The position numbers were made by a program, and so were the translations under genes. From the NCBI GenBank assembly GCA_963778655.1, contig CAVZVA010000011.1:96001-160000 (forward strand): a stretch of DNA of 64,000 nucleotides. The letters run 5' to 3'. Shown in pieces: positions 30,601-37,835 of this stretch. The notes below the pieces were generated by a model. That model saw only the letters and a program-made list of their open reading frames with translations. It was not told the DNA's origin and did no database searches. The DNA is from an uncultured delta proteobacterium. GTDB taxonomy: Bacteria > Myxococcota_A > Polyangia > Polyangiales > JAFGIB01. Positions within the stretch are counted from its first letter, which is position 1; each line of letters starts with the position of its first letter.

Positions 30601-31063
30601 CGTGAGAGGCACCTGCGCGGTTGAGTGCGGAACCGGCGGCGATTCACTGTGCACGGGCGTCAGCGCCGCGCTGACCTGTTCCGCGGCGGCCGGTGACGTG
30701 TGCGTGCCGGCATGTGACAGCGGTGGAAACTGCCCCACGGGCTTCTCGTGCCTGCTGCCAGGTACGGAGAACGAGTGCCTGCCGACCGGCTCCTTCCCGA
30801 GCAGCCCGTGCCGAGCAACGACCGGCGACGAATGCGATCACGGCGTCAACGGCGTCAGCGGCGCCGACATGGTGTGCAGCAACTCCATCTGCGTGTTGCC
30901 GTGCGCCAGCAACGACGATGCCCTGTGCGATTCGGTTGACAGCTCGCTGACCTGCTTCAGCGCCGCCGACGTGTGCCTGCTGAAGTGCGTCTCCGGCGCC
31001 TGCCCGACTGGATACAACTGCTACAACGGCACCGGCGAAAACGTCTGCGTACCCGCAACGTGA
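27629..31063 (+). CDS. Large Cys-rich repeat lipoprotein (1144 aa)
   Basis: EGGC lipobox-like signal; repeated CLPxGSFPGxxC modules. Confidence 0.85.
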   Translation: MQLRRSFAAIVIAVAALTEGGCSGGNKVTCGDGTELSNGHCIVSDGGMTGGNPADSGGSAGSGGNLKCGKGTVAAGGECVPVDAGTPDATSAVEKMPVGSACTSNDECGTGFCAPAADNLPGGYCTVLNCSMDNPCPVGSTCYAVDSSLSICMAYCDREVECRTSDDYHCQPLYTTAVNICAPSCTLTGMCDAGTRCNADTGLCELAECDPSAPGDACTDQETCWPDSRGLSSKGGLCLHLCDPAHPDKACLVDKNEVCQPLAEDPANSGFCAPPVCSKTEECPAGAVCTNSVCQPPALCDSDGNCADDATTCVSGKCMPKCPTDGTSCADIHSGLVCADVLAEPACLPLGSFPGSDCRVSTNPCDPLSTSFGTKDMVCQSGKCLADCGTDGQPLCSELSDTLVCAAGIFAQTLCLPKGSFPGGPCGDNDSCAQGLNGNSAVNMSCVSGTCAITCSETDKWSGYGDALCQIVDPSLTCATSAGAICTRACSDTGGCSSGFSCLDPGTVPAHENACLPDGSFPGSACATGNTCAQDLGGNAAVDMRCVNDTCVVDCATGGDGLCTGVDASLTCSESADNICVLACVAGACPSGYSCLDPGGENACLPDGSFPGSPCATGNTCAQDLGGNAAVDMRCVNDTCVVDCATGGDSLCTGVDASLTCSESADNICVLACVAGACPSGYSCLDPGGENACLPDGSFPGSPCATGNTCAQDLGGNAAVDMRCVNDTCVVDCATGGDSLCTGVDASLTCSESADNICVLACVAGACPSGYSCLDPGGENACLPDGSFPGSACATGNTCAQDLGGNAAVDMRCVNDTCVVDCATGGDSLCTGVDASLTCSESADNICVLACVAGACPSGYSCLDPGGENACLPDGSFPGSACATGNTCAQDLGGNAAVDMRCVNDTCVVDCATGGDSLCTGVDASLTCSESADNICVLACVAGACPSGYSCLDPGGENACLPDGSFPGSACATGDTCAQDLGGNAAVDMRCVRGTCAVECGTGGDSLCTGVSAALTCSAAAGDVCVPACDSGGNCPTGFSCLLPGTENECLPTGSFPSSPCRATTGDECDHGVNGVSGADMVCSNSICVLPCASNDDALCDSVDSSLTCFSAADVCLLKCVSGACPTGYNCYNGTGENVCVPAT
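29174..30603 (+). repeat. Intragenic tandem repeat, 267 bp x ~5.4
   Basis: Unit starts at 29174, 29441, 29708, 29975, 30242, 30509; near-identical; 89 aa with 12 Cys. Confidence 0.95.
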
Positions 31064-31155
31064 GCACAGAGCCGGACGACCTCGTTGGGCCCCTGGGACG
31101 GCCCAACGAGGTCCCAATGCCACGACCTCGATCGGCGCCTCGCCGCCTAGCGCCC

Positions 31156-31422
31156 TCAGCGCGGGCTACCGGCGAGCGCGCGCGCCCGGTTCGTGAACGC
31201 ATTGCGACGCTCTTCGACCTCTCGTTGCTCCTCTTGCGACTTGACGCGCTGCCGCATGGCCGCCAGATCCTGCTCGCACTTGGCGCGGACGGCAGCGGCC
31301 TTCTTGGGTCCAAGGGAAGCCGCGGCCTCGCGCGCCTCCGTATCGCAACTGGCGGTCGCGCATCCGCACAGGAGCCTTCCGACGACGGCAATCAGGGCGG
31401 CCATCCCCAGCGTACGTTTCAT
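31156..31422 (-). CDS. Small putative lipoprotein
   Basis: MKRTLG...LLCGC. Confidence 0.5.
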   Translation of the reverse strand: MKRTLGMAALIAVVGRLLCGCATASCDTEAREAAASLGPKKAAAVRAKCEQDLAAMRQRVKSQEEQREVEERRNAFTNRARALAGSPR

Positions 31423-31487
31423 CCCGCAGGCTTGCATCGCGACGCCAGTTACCCCACCCGCTAGAAGCGCTTGTACCAGATAATACG

Positions 31488-31670
31488 TCACCCGTCGCAC
31501 GCGCAGCCGGGCGGCTTGTGGCAAACCCGATCACGCGCGATACACGAATCACCGCAGGCCTTGCCCTTGTGGCAGACCTTGCAGCACACGCCTTCGCTCG
31601 ATGGCCGAGCCTGCGACGGCCGGGGTGCCACGAACGCGAACGCCATGAGCACCCAGAACGTCTTCAACAT
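31488..31670 (-). CDS. Small secreted Cys-rich protein
   Basis: Signal peptide then CCKVCHKGKACGDSCI....CHKPPGCAC; GGGGGAG RBS. Confidence 0.7.
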   Translation of the reverse strand: MLKTFWVLMAFAFVAPRPSQARPSSEGVCCKVCHKGKACGDSCIARDRVCHKPPGCACDG

Positions 31671-32362
31671 GGCTCCCCCCTCGAACGCCAACGTAGCGGG
31701 TTGCGCCTGTGCGTCTCAACGCCTGCATGGGGCACATGCACGCACGTACCGGCGGGCCCTTGTGGGTGCCCGGCGAGACGCGGGCGAGTCGCCCTTCACC
31801 GCGCCCAGAGCGCGCTGAGCTCGAGCTCGATGGCGTGGAACGGCTCGGCGCGCACGCGCGCGTCATCTCGAAATGCGCCGAGCAGCATCCGACGGCCCTG
31901 CTCGAGCCCATAGACCGGGGCTAACCCCGCGGCGATCGGTCCTCGAGGCTGCTGACTGCGCTCGCCTCGATGAGGCGTTTCGCAGAGTGATCGCCGCTCG
32001 CATCGATGTTCCAAGCACTGCCAACACTGGCAGTCGCTGCCGTAGCCGGCGTGCGACCCGAGCGAAAGCAAACAGCATCGGGTTTGCGGAAAAAGCGTGC
32101 GTGGCAAGGACCCGGTCCCGGAGAACCCAGGTGGTCGGCGGATGTCGAGCAGCACCTGCGCGCAGCGGTGGCGGCTTTGGTAACCACCGGTGACCACTGG
32201 TGACCAATGATGACCGGGTGCCTCGCTCTGCGCGCAGCGCTGCAGCCGGGGACTATGCTCGGTCCGTTCGAGGAGTGCGCGGCGTGCGACGCGCGTCCTT
32301 GTTGGGCGCGGTCGAAACCCTCGAGCCACATGGAGCTGCGCCGCGGGTCGAAGGAGCTGACA

Positions 32363-33172
32363 ATGAGGAACCGTGGTTTGATCGCATGGGCAGCGAGGAT
32401 GAGCGTGGTCGCGCTTGCGGCGACGTTCGGATCGGCGTCGAGCGCGGAGGCATGCCCGCAAAACGTGAACGGTCATCTCGGATGGGTCATTTTCAATCCA
32501 GTCACGTCCTTCGCGTGGTGGCCTCCCGGCCGAAGCGACGCTCTTCGGATCGCCGCGAGTTGGAGCTATCTGTTAGTTTTGCCGCAGATCTATCAGCGCC
32601 TTGCGCCTTACGGCGTACGCCAGGGCTCACCGGGCGCCGAACTCACTCTGCCTTCCAACCTGCCTACCAACAACACGGCGATCAGCGAGGACGCGATCGT
32701 CGATGGGATCTTTCAGGGATTGGTCAACGCCCATCGGGTACCTGAGGACGGCGAGGTCTTCGTTGTCATGATGCCTCCGAATGCACGCGCCGCAGAAGAT
32801 CGAATGACTACGGAGTACACAGCCGATGGGCATCACTATTGGCAGAATCGCATGTTTCCCGATGGAAGCACGCACCCAATTGTCTACGCGGTCGTCGAGT
32901 ACAACTCCGACTTCCAAGAGACGAACTTTTTGCTGTCCCATGAGCTCTTCGAAACCTATACGGACCCATTCAGCGTTCCGAGCGCCAACGGTAACGTCGG
33001 TTTGGGTTGGTACGACGACGACTCGGACATGTGGACGGCGAACGGGACGAACCCGGAGATCGCAGACATGTGCTTGAACAAGTACCCTAGGCAATACAGG
33101 TACTGGACGCTCAAGAACATCGTCTTGTCGCAGGTCTGGCTGCCCCAATACTGCGACTGTCCGACGTTTTAG
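32363..33172 (+). CDS. Secreted protein with HE..E..TDP...W...EIADxC motif (Phi-1/EXORDIUM-like, tentative)
   Basis: AAGGAG RBS, signal peptide, SHELFETYTDP and EIADMC; lower GC than flanks. Confidence 0.6.
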   Translation: MRNRGLIAWAARMSVVALAATFGSASSAEACPQNVNGHLGWVIFNPVTSFAWWPPGRSDALRIAASWSYLLVLPQIYQRLAPYGVRQGSPGAELTLPSNLPTNNTAISEDAIVDGIFQGLVNAHRVPEDGEVFVVMMPPNARAAEDRMTTEYTADGHHYWQNRMFPDGSTHPIVYAVVEYNSDFQETNFLLSHELFETYTDPFSVPSANGNVGLGWYDDDSDMWTANGTNPEIADMCLNKYPRQYRYWTLKNIVLSQVWLPQYCDCPTF

Positions 33173-33368
33173 TTGGGGATCGCATCCGGCGCGGACAGGG
33201 GCGCGTAAGGCAATCCAAGCGGACGAAGGCGCCCAAGCCGACGGGACCACCTGTAGCGCCGACGGAAACGAAACACCGACGGGATCACCTGCCAGCTGCT
33301 GGCAGATGATCCAGGCCGGCCCTCCTCTCCCTCCGGTCAACATGGGACAGGGCCTCCGGGGTCGCCCC

Positions 33369-34636
33369 CAGGGCGATCGCATCAAAAGCGGCGTGATTTC
33401 GATCGCTTGAAGGCGGGGGTGGCATCAGATCGGAAGTCGTGATCGTCTCGGAGCGCGCAAGCCCAGCGCCCGGAGGGACGATGCGAGAGAGCGAGCTGAA
33501 GAAACTGATCGTCGAGGAGTTCTTGACCTGTGTTCCGGACCCACGAATCGAGCGCAGTCGCAGGCACTCGCTGGAGAACATCGTGGTGATCTCACTGCTG
33601 GCCGTGATCAGCGGCGCTGACAGCTTCGTCGGAATCGAGCGTTTCGCCGAGGCCAAGCAGGATTGGCTGGCCACATTCTTGGAGCTTCCTGACGGCATTC
33701 CGTCGCACGACACGCTGGGCCGCGTATTCGCGGCGCTCAACCCTCGAGCGTTGGCAGAAGCGTTTCAGCGCTGGACGTTGGCAATGAGCGCGGTCTCGAA
33801 GGAGAAGCTGATCGCGATCGACGGCAAGACGCTCAGGCGTTCGTTCAAGCACGCCGGCGACAACGCCTTCGTGCATATGGTGTCTGCGTGGTCAGCTGCC
33901 AACCATGTCGTGCTCGGACAGGTGAAGACAGAGGACAAGTCCAACGAAATAACCGCGATTCCCGAGTTGCTCGACTTCATCGATGTCAAGGCAGCGCTGG
34001 TCAGCATTGATGCGGCCGGAACACAGACGGCGATCGCGGACAAGATCGTCGATAAGGGTGGCGACTATCTGCTTGCCGTCAAGGGCAACCAGCCCACGCT
34101 GCATGGTGCGCTCATCGAGCATTTCGCCGGTGCCGAAGACGCCGGCGGCGTATTCGGCGTCTGCAGGACCGAGGAGCACGCGCACGGCCGCGACGAGCTA
34201 CGCCGAGCTTGGGTCAGCCACGACGTCGATGCCATCGCAAGCGCCGAGCGCTGGCCCAAGCTCGCGGCGCTGATACGCATCGAGTCCACCCGCACGGTGC
34301 AGGGCAAGCAGAGCACGGACAACCGGTACTACATCTGCTCGCAACCGCTGCTGTCGGCGAGCGAGGCGCTCGACGCCGTACGTAGCCACTGGGCGATCGA
34401 GAACGAGTTGCATTGGGTGCTCGACGTCGCATTCCGCGAAGACGACTGCCGGGTACGAGCAAAGAACGCCGCCGCCAACTTTAGCATCATCCGTCAGCAT
34501 GCCCTCGGCCTGCTCAAGCAGCGCACCGAGGCCAAGTGCGGCATCAAGAACCGAAGGCTGCTCGCCGGTTGGGATGACGACTTCTTGCTTCGCGTAGTTG
34601 GCCTACAAAATGCGTGCTTTTGATGCGATTGCCCTG
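33369..34636 (+). mobile_element. Complete ISAs1-family insertion sequence (1268 bp)
   Basis: TIR CAGGGCGATCGCATCAAAAGC / GCTTTTGATGCGATTGCCCTG; 10-bp TSD GGGTCGCCCC (33359-33368, 34637-34646). Confidence 0.95.
33481..34623 (+). CDS. ISAs1 family transposase
   Basis: PDPR, GIPSHDT, AIDGKTLR, KSNEITAIP, VKGNQ, HGRDE.R, RSHWAIEN.LHWVLDV.F.ED. Confidence 0.96.
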   Translation: MRESELKKLIVEEFLTCVPDPRIERSRRHSLENIVVISLLAVISGADSFVGIERFAEAKQDWLATFLELPDGIPSHDTLGRVFAALNPRALAEAFQRWTLAMSAVSKEKLIAIDGKTLRRSFKHAGDNAFVHMVSAWSAANHVVLGQVKTEDKSNEITAIPELLDFIDVKAALVSIDAAGTQTAIADKIVDKGGDYLLAVKGNQPTLHGALIEHFAGAEDAGGVFGVCRTEEHAHGRDELRRAWVSHDVDAIASAERWPKLAALIRIESTRTVQGKQSTDNRYYICSQPLLSASEALDAVRSHWAIENELHWVLDVAFREDDCRVRAKNAAANFSIIRQHALGLLKQRTEAKCGIKNRRLLAGWDDDFLLRVVGLQNACF

Positions 34637-34699
34637 GGGTCGCCCCCGGAGCCGGGCGTGGGGTTGGTGACAGCTGGCCGGCAACCGCGTCCTTTCGCT

Positions 34700-35240
34700 T
34701 CAACCTGAACGGATCGCGTCGAGCCGGCCGAGTTGGTCGAGCACGCTTTCGAGCTAGACGTAAATGTCCGCTGTCTCACCGTTCTGGAACGGCATCTTGC
34801 CGATCGCGCTGGCAGCGCGCGCCAGACGCTCGAGCACGTCAGGAATCGCGGTGTCCGGGATCGCTCCGACCTTGCCGCCGCGGTAGTTGCTGATGACCGC
34901 GGCAACGGCCTTGGGCAGACGCTTCGCGTCCACGGTTCCGTCGGTCGATAAATAGGGGAGCTTCCAGGTGCGAGGCTTGGCCGCGTTCCCCACGTACGCA
35001 AAGCATCGCGCCGGGCGCTTGTATTTGGGGTGCACGCACGTGAGCACGACGTCGGCGAACCCTTGCTGAAACTTGACATCACCGACCGGCCAATCGAGCA
35101 CGGTCGTGAACAAGTCCTCGAGGATGTTCTCGGCGACGCTCTCGACCGCTGCGCCGTGACCGAGCCGTTCGGCCCGCCGTCGTGCGAAGTCGGGCCATTC
35201 CGCTTGGATGCGCTCGACACATTTCCGTTGGCTGGCGAGC
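34700..35240 (-). pseudogene. Internally deleted protein, N-terminus HsdR_N/REase-like (tentative)
   Basis: E.VAENILEDLFT.VLDW...Q.GFAD.VL joins abruptly to HPKY..PARCFAYVG; in-frame TAG at 34754-34756 before the natural-looking end. Confidence 0.45.
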
Positions 35241-35455
35241 TCGGCGGTCACGGCACCTTGGCAGGATAGCCGCGTCGACTGGGCTTCTCCACCCGACCGG
35301 CCATCCTTGGCGAGCACAAAACTGCCCGGTCAGAACACTATAGTCCTAGGACGGCTTCGACCCGCTCCAGCTGATTGGCCTCGACGAGGCGCTGGCGGCG
35401 TTCTTCGTGCCGGAGGCAGGCAGGCTGCCGAAGGCGGTACGCCAAGTCTCGGCGG

Positions 35456-35716
35456 TCATGCTCCGCTCAGCAAATCTAGGGTGCTGGTACGAATGCTACT
35501 CTCGAGCTGCGCGCAGCCAATCAGGCAGCGCTCGCGCTGCAAGCGTTGCTCGGCCTCACGAGGTATCTCGGTGCCGTCGTGGAACGCCCACACGTAGTCG
35601 GGCCAGCCGGTGCGCTCGAGCGTGCGGTGTGAGCCCGTCTGGCGCTTGGCGCGCCAACCGAGCCGCAGCAGCGCAGCGAGGACGCGGCCTGCCTTCGCGG
35701 AGCCCCACTGTGCCAT
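35456..35716 (-). pseudogene. hicA: HicA-family toxin with replaced C-terminus
   Basis: RVLAALLRLGW..KRQTGSHR.L...W.DY..AFHD..EI, then unrelated sequence. Confidence 0.75.
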
Positions 35717-35731
35717 TCGTTCGCGCTACGG

Positions 35732-35935
35732 TTACGCCGCAAAGGCTTCGAGCACGGCGGCGGGGACGGCCTCGCCGTTCTCGAGTCGATCTGCCATCAC
35801 ACGCAACGCCAGGGCAAGCGCAGCGCATCGGGCCTGATCGCGGGTGCCGCCGTACGCCACGACGCCGGGAAGCTCAGGCAGCTCGGCGATCCATCGGCCG
35901 TCGTCTTCCCGGTCGATCTGGACGTCTAGGGGCAT
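35732..35935 (-). CDS. hicB: HicB-family antitoxin
   Basis: REDDGRWIAE.PELPGV.AYG.T...A....ALALRV.ADRLE.GE. Confidence 0.88.
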   Translation of the reverse strand: MPLDVQIDREDDGRWIAELPELPGVVAYGGTRDQARCAALALALRVMADRLENGEAVPAAVLEAFAA

Positions 35936-35980
35936 GGGTTCTACTTTGGGCATGGCCTTGCAACACAACTTGCCACAGAG

Positions 35981-36010
35981 GGACACGTGGCGACACGTGG
36001 GGACACGTGG
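35981..36010 (+). repeat. 10-bp tandem repeat x3, arm-site-like
   Basis: GGACACGTGG CGACACGTGG GGACACGTGG about 100 bp from the tRNA-Pro 3' end. Confidence 0.7.
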
Positions 36011-36114
36011 CGAGGGCGGTCGGGAGCAGCAGACGCGGATTCAGGGGGGCATATCGGGGGGCACGCGCTCGATCTCAGCTCTCCACAATGCGTCTAACCC
36101 ATTGAAATCCTTTG

Positions 36115-36188
36115 TCGGGGCAGCCCGATTCGAACGGGCGACCTCTTGCTCCCAAAGCAAGCGCACTACCAGGCTGTGCTATGCCCCG
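36115..36188 (-). tRNA. tRNA-Pro(TGG)
   Basis: CGGGGCA acceptor stem, CTTGC-TTTGGGA-GCAAG anticodon arm, GTTCGAATC T-loop; CCA not encoded. Confidence 0.96.
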
Positions 36189-36198
36189 ATGCGGGGGG

Positions 36199-36227
36199 AA
36201 TGTAGCCAAGCGGGGCGCGGCGGTCAA
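36199..36227 (-). promoter_or_regulatory. Sigma70-type promoter of tRNA-Pro
   Basis: TTGACC-N17-TACATT just upstream of the tRNA. Confidence 0.7.
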
Positions 36228-36251
36228 AACGGCGCCGGCGCGCGGCCCGGC

Positions 36252-36884
36252 TCAGACGCCGCGGCGTGGCAAATAGCTCGCCAGGAACACGGCCAGGGCA
36301 TGCGCGGCTTTGGCGCGGTGGCTGATGCGGTTCTTCTGTCCCGGGGGGAGCTCGGCCATGGTGACGGCGTGGCCCAGCGGCTCGAAGTGGGGGTCGTAGC
36401 CGAAGCCGCCGCCGCCGCGCGGCTGCAGGCGGATGCGGCCTTCGCACGCGGCTTGCTCGAAGTGCAGCTCGCCTGCCAACGGCCCGCCCGGGTCGGCGAG
36501 CGCGAGCACGACGCGGTAGCGCGCGGTCAGACGCTCGGGTGGGAGCGCGAGGCGGGTGAGCTCGGCCACGAGCTTCTGGTTGTTGTCGGCGTCGCTGGCT
36601 TGCTCGCCGGCGTAGCGCGCCGAGCGTACGCCCGGAGCGCCGCCGAGCGCGTCGACCTCGAGCCCGCTGTCGTCGGCCAGCGTGAGCATGCCGGTGGCGC
36701 CCGCCAGCTCGCGCGCCTTCTTGGCCGCGTTGTGCTCGAAGCTGTCGCCGTCCTCGATCACCTCGGGCAGCTCTGGCAGCTCGTCCAGTGTGCGCAGCTG
36801 CAGCTGCGGCAGCGCCGCGAAGAGCTGATGAAACTCGCGCGCCTTGCCGCGGTTACGCGTGGCCAGCAGCAGCACGTGCGTCAT
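36252..36884 (-). CDS. rdgB: RdgB/HAM1 non-canonical purine NTP pyrophosphatase
   Basis: [36 protein letters not shown]. Confidence 0.95.
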   Translation of the reverse strand: MTHVLLLATRNRGKAREFHQLFAALPQLQLRTLDELPELPEVIEDGDSFEHNAAKKARELAGATGMLTLADDSGLEVDALGGAPGVRSARYAGEQASDADNNQKLVAELTRLALPPERLTARYRVVLALADPGGPLAGELHFEQAACEGRIRLQPRGGGGFGYDPHFEPLGHAVTMAELPPGQKNRISHRAKAAHALAVFLASYLPRRGV

Positions 36885-36934
36885 CGGGCCACCACCCCGC
36901 GTATGGCGCGCGCTTCGCACATCGCCACGGCGCC

Positions 36935-37696
36935 CTACCCCAGCAGCCGCGCCACGTCCACGCCCGCTCGCTCGAGCGCCTGCTGTTGCAGCGGCACCAG
37001 CGCGCGCACACCCGCGAGCGCGCGGTCGACCAGCGCGTCGTGCTCCTCGCGCGTCATCGGCGTGCCTTCCGCGGTGCCCTGCACCTCGATGATGCGGCCG
37101 CTCTCGGTCGCCACCAGGTTCAAGTCCACCTGGCAGGCGGCGTCCTCCTGGTAGCACAGGTCGAGCAGCGCGGCGCCCTCGAACAGCCCCACGCTGATCG
37201 CCGCGACCGGCTCGCGCAGCACACCGGGCTGCACCAGCCCGCGCTTGCGCAGGTTGTCGAGCGCCAGCACCAGCGCCACGTAGCCGCCGCTGATCGACGC
37301 GCAGCGCGTGCCACCGTCCGCGTCCAGCACGTCGCAGTCGATGTGAATCGTGCGCTCGCCCAGGCGCTCGAGCCGCAGCGCCGCGCGCAGCGCGCGCCCG
37401 ACCAGGCGCTGGATCTCCTGCGAGCGGCCGCTGATCTGCCCGTTTTTGCCCTCGCGCGACTGGCGCGACGGATTGGCGCGCGGGTGCATGGCGTACTCGG
37501 CCGTGACCCAGCCCTTGCCGCTCTGGCGCAGGAAGTCCTTGACGCCTTCCTCGACCGAGGCCGCCAGCAGCACCTTGGTGCCGCCCTGGGTGTACATCAC
37601 CGAGCCCTCGGGGTTGCGCTGGATGCCGCTCTCGATCTTCACCGGGCGCAGCGCATCGGCGCTTCGGCCGTCGATTCTGGAACGCATTGTGCTCAT
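36935..37696 (-). CDS. rph: Ribonuclease PH
   Basis: [47 protein letters not shown]. Confidence 0.96.
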   Translation of the reverse strand: MSTMRSRIDGRSADALRPVKIESGIQRNPEGSVMYTQGGTKVLLAASVEEGVKDFLRQSGKGWVTAEYAMHPRANPSRQSREGKNGQISGRSQEIQRLVGRALRAALRLERLGERTIHIDCDVLDADGGTRCASISGGYVALVLALDNLRKRGLVQPGVLREPVAAISVGLFEGAALLDLCYQEDAACQVDLNLVATESGRIIEVQGTAEGTPMTREEHDALVDRALAGVRALVPLQQQALERAGVDVARLLG

Positions 37697-37835
37697 GCTT
37701 GGTCCTCGCTGGTGGGTCTCCGTCCCGCGCTGCGCGCGGTCCACCCCCTGCGCTGCGGATGAGATCCCCCCGCCCGCCCCCGCCCGCAATCCTCCGCGTC
37801 ACAACTGTCGGCACATCCGGTCGATGCGGGAAGTC

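Noticed and set aside
29017..30738. Long alternative-frame and antisense ORFs, or an array, over the 267-bp repeats
   Set aside because: By-products of an in-frame coding tandem repeat with no unique spacers.
36252..37814. Apparent 520-aa RdgB with long N-terminal extension or Rph fusion
   Set aside because: The extension is an off-frame read of rph; the real start is 36884.
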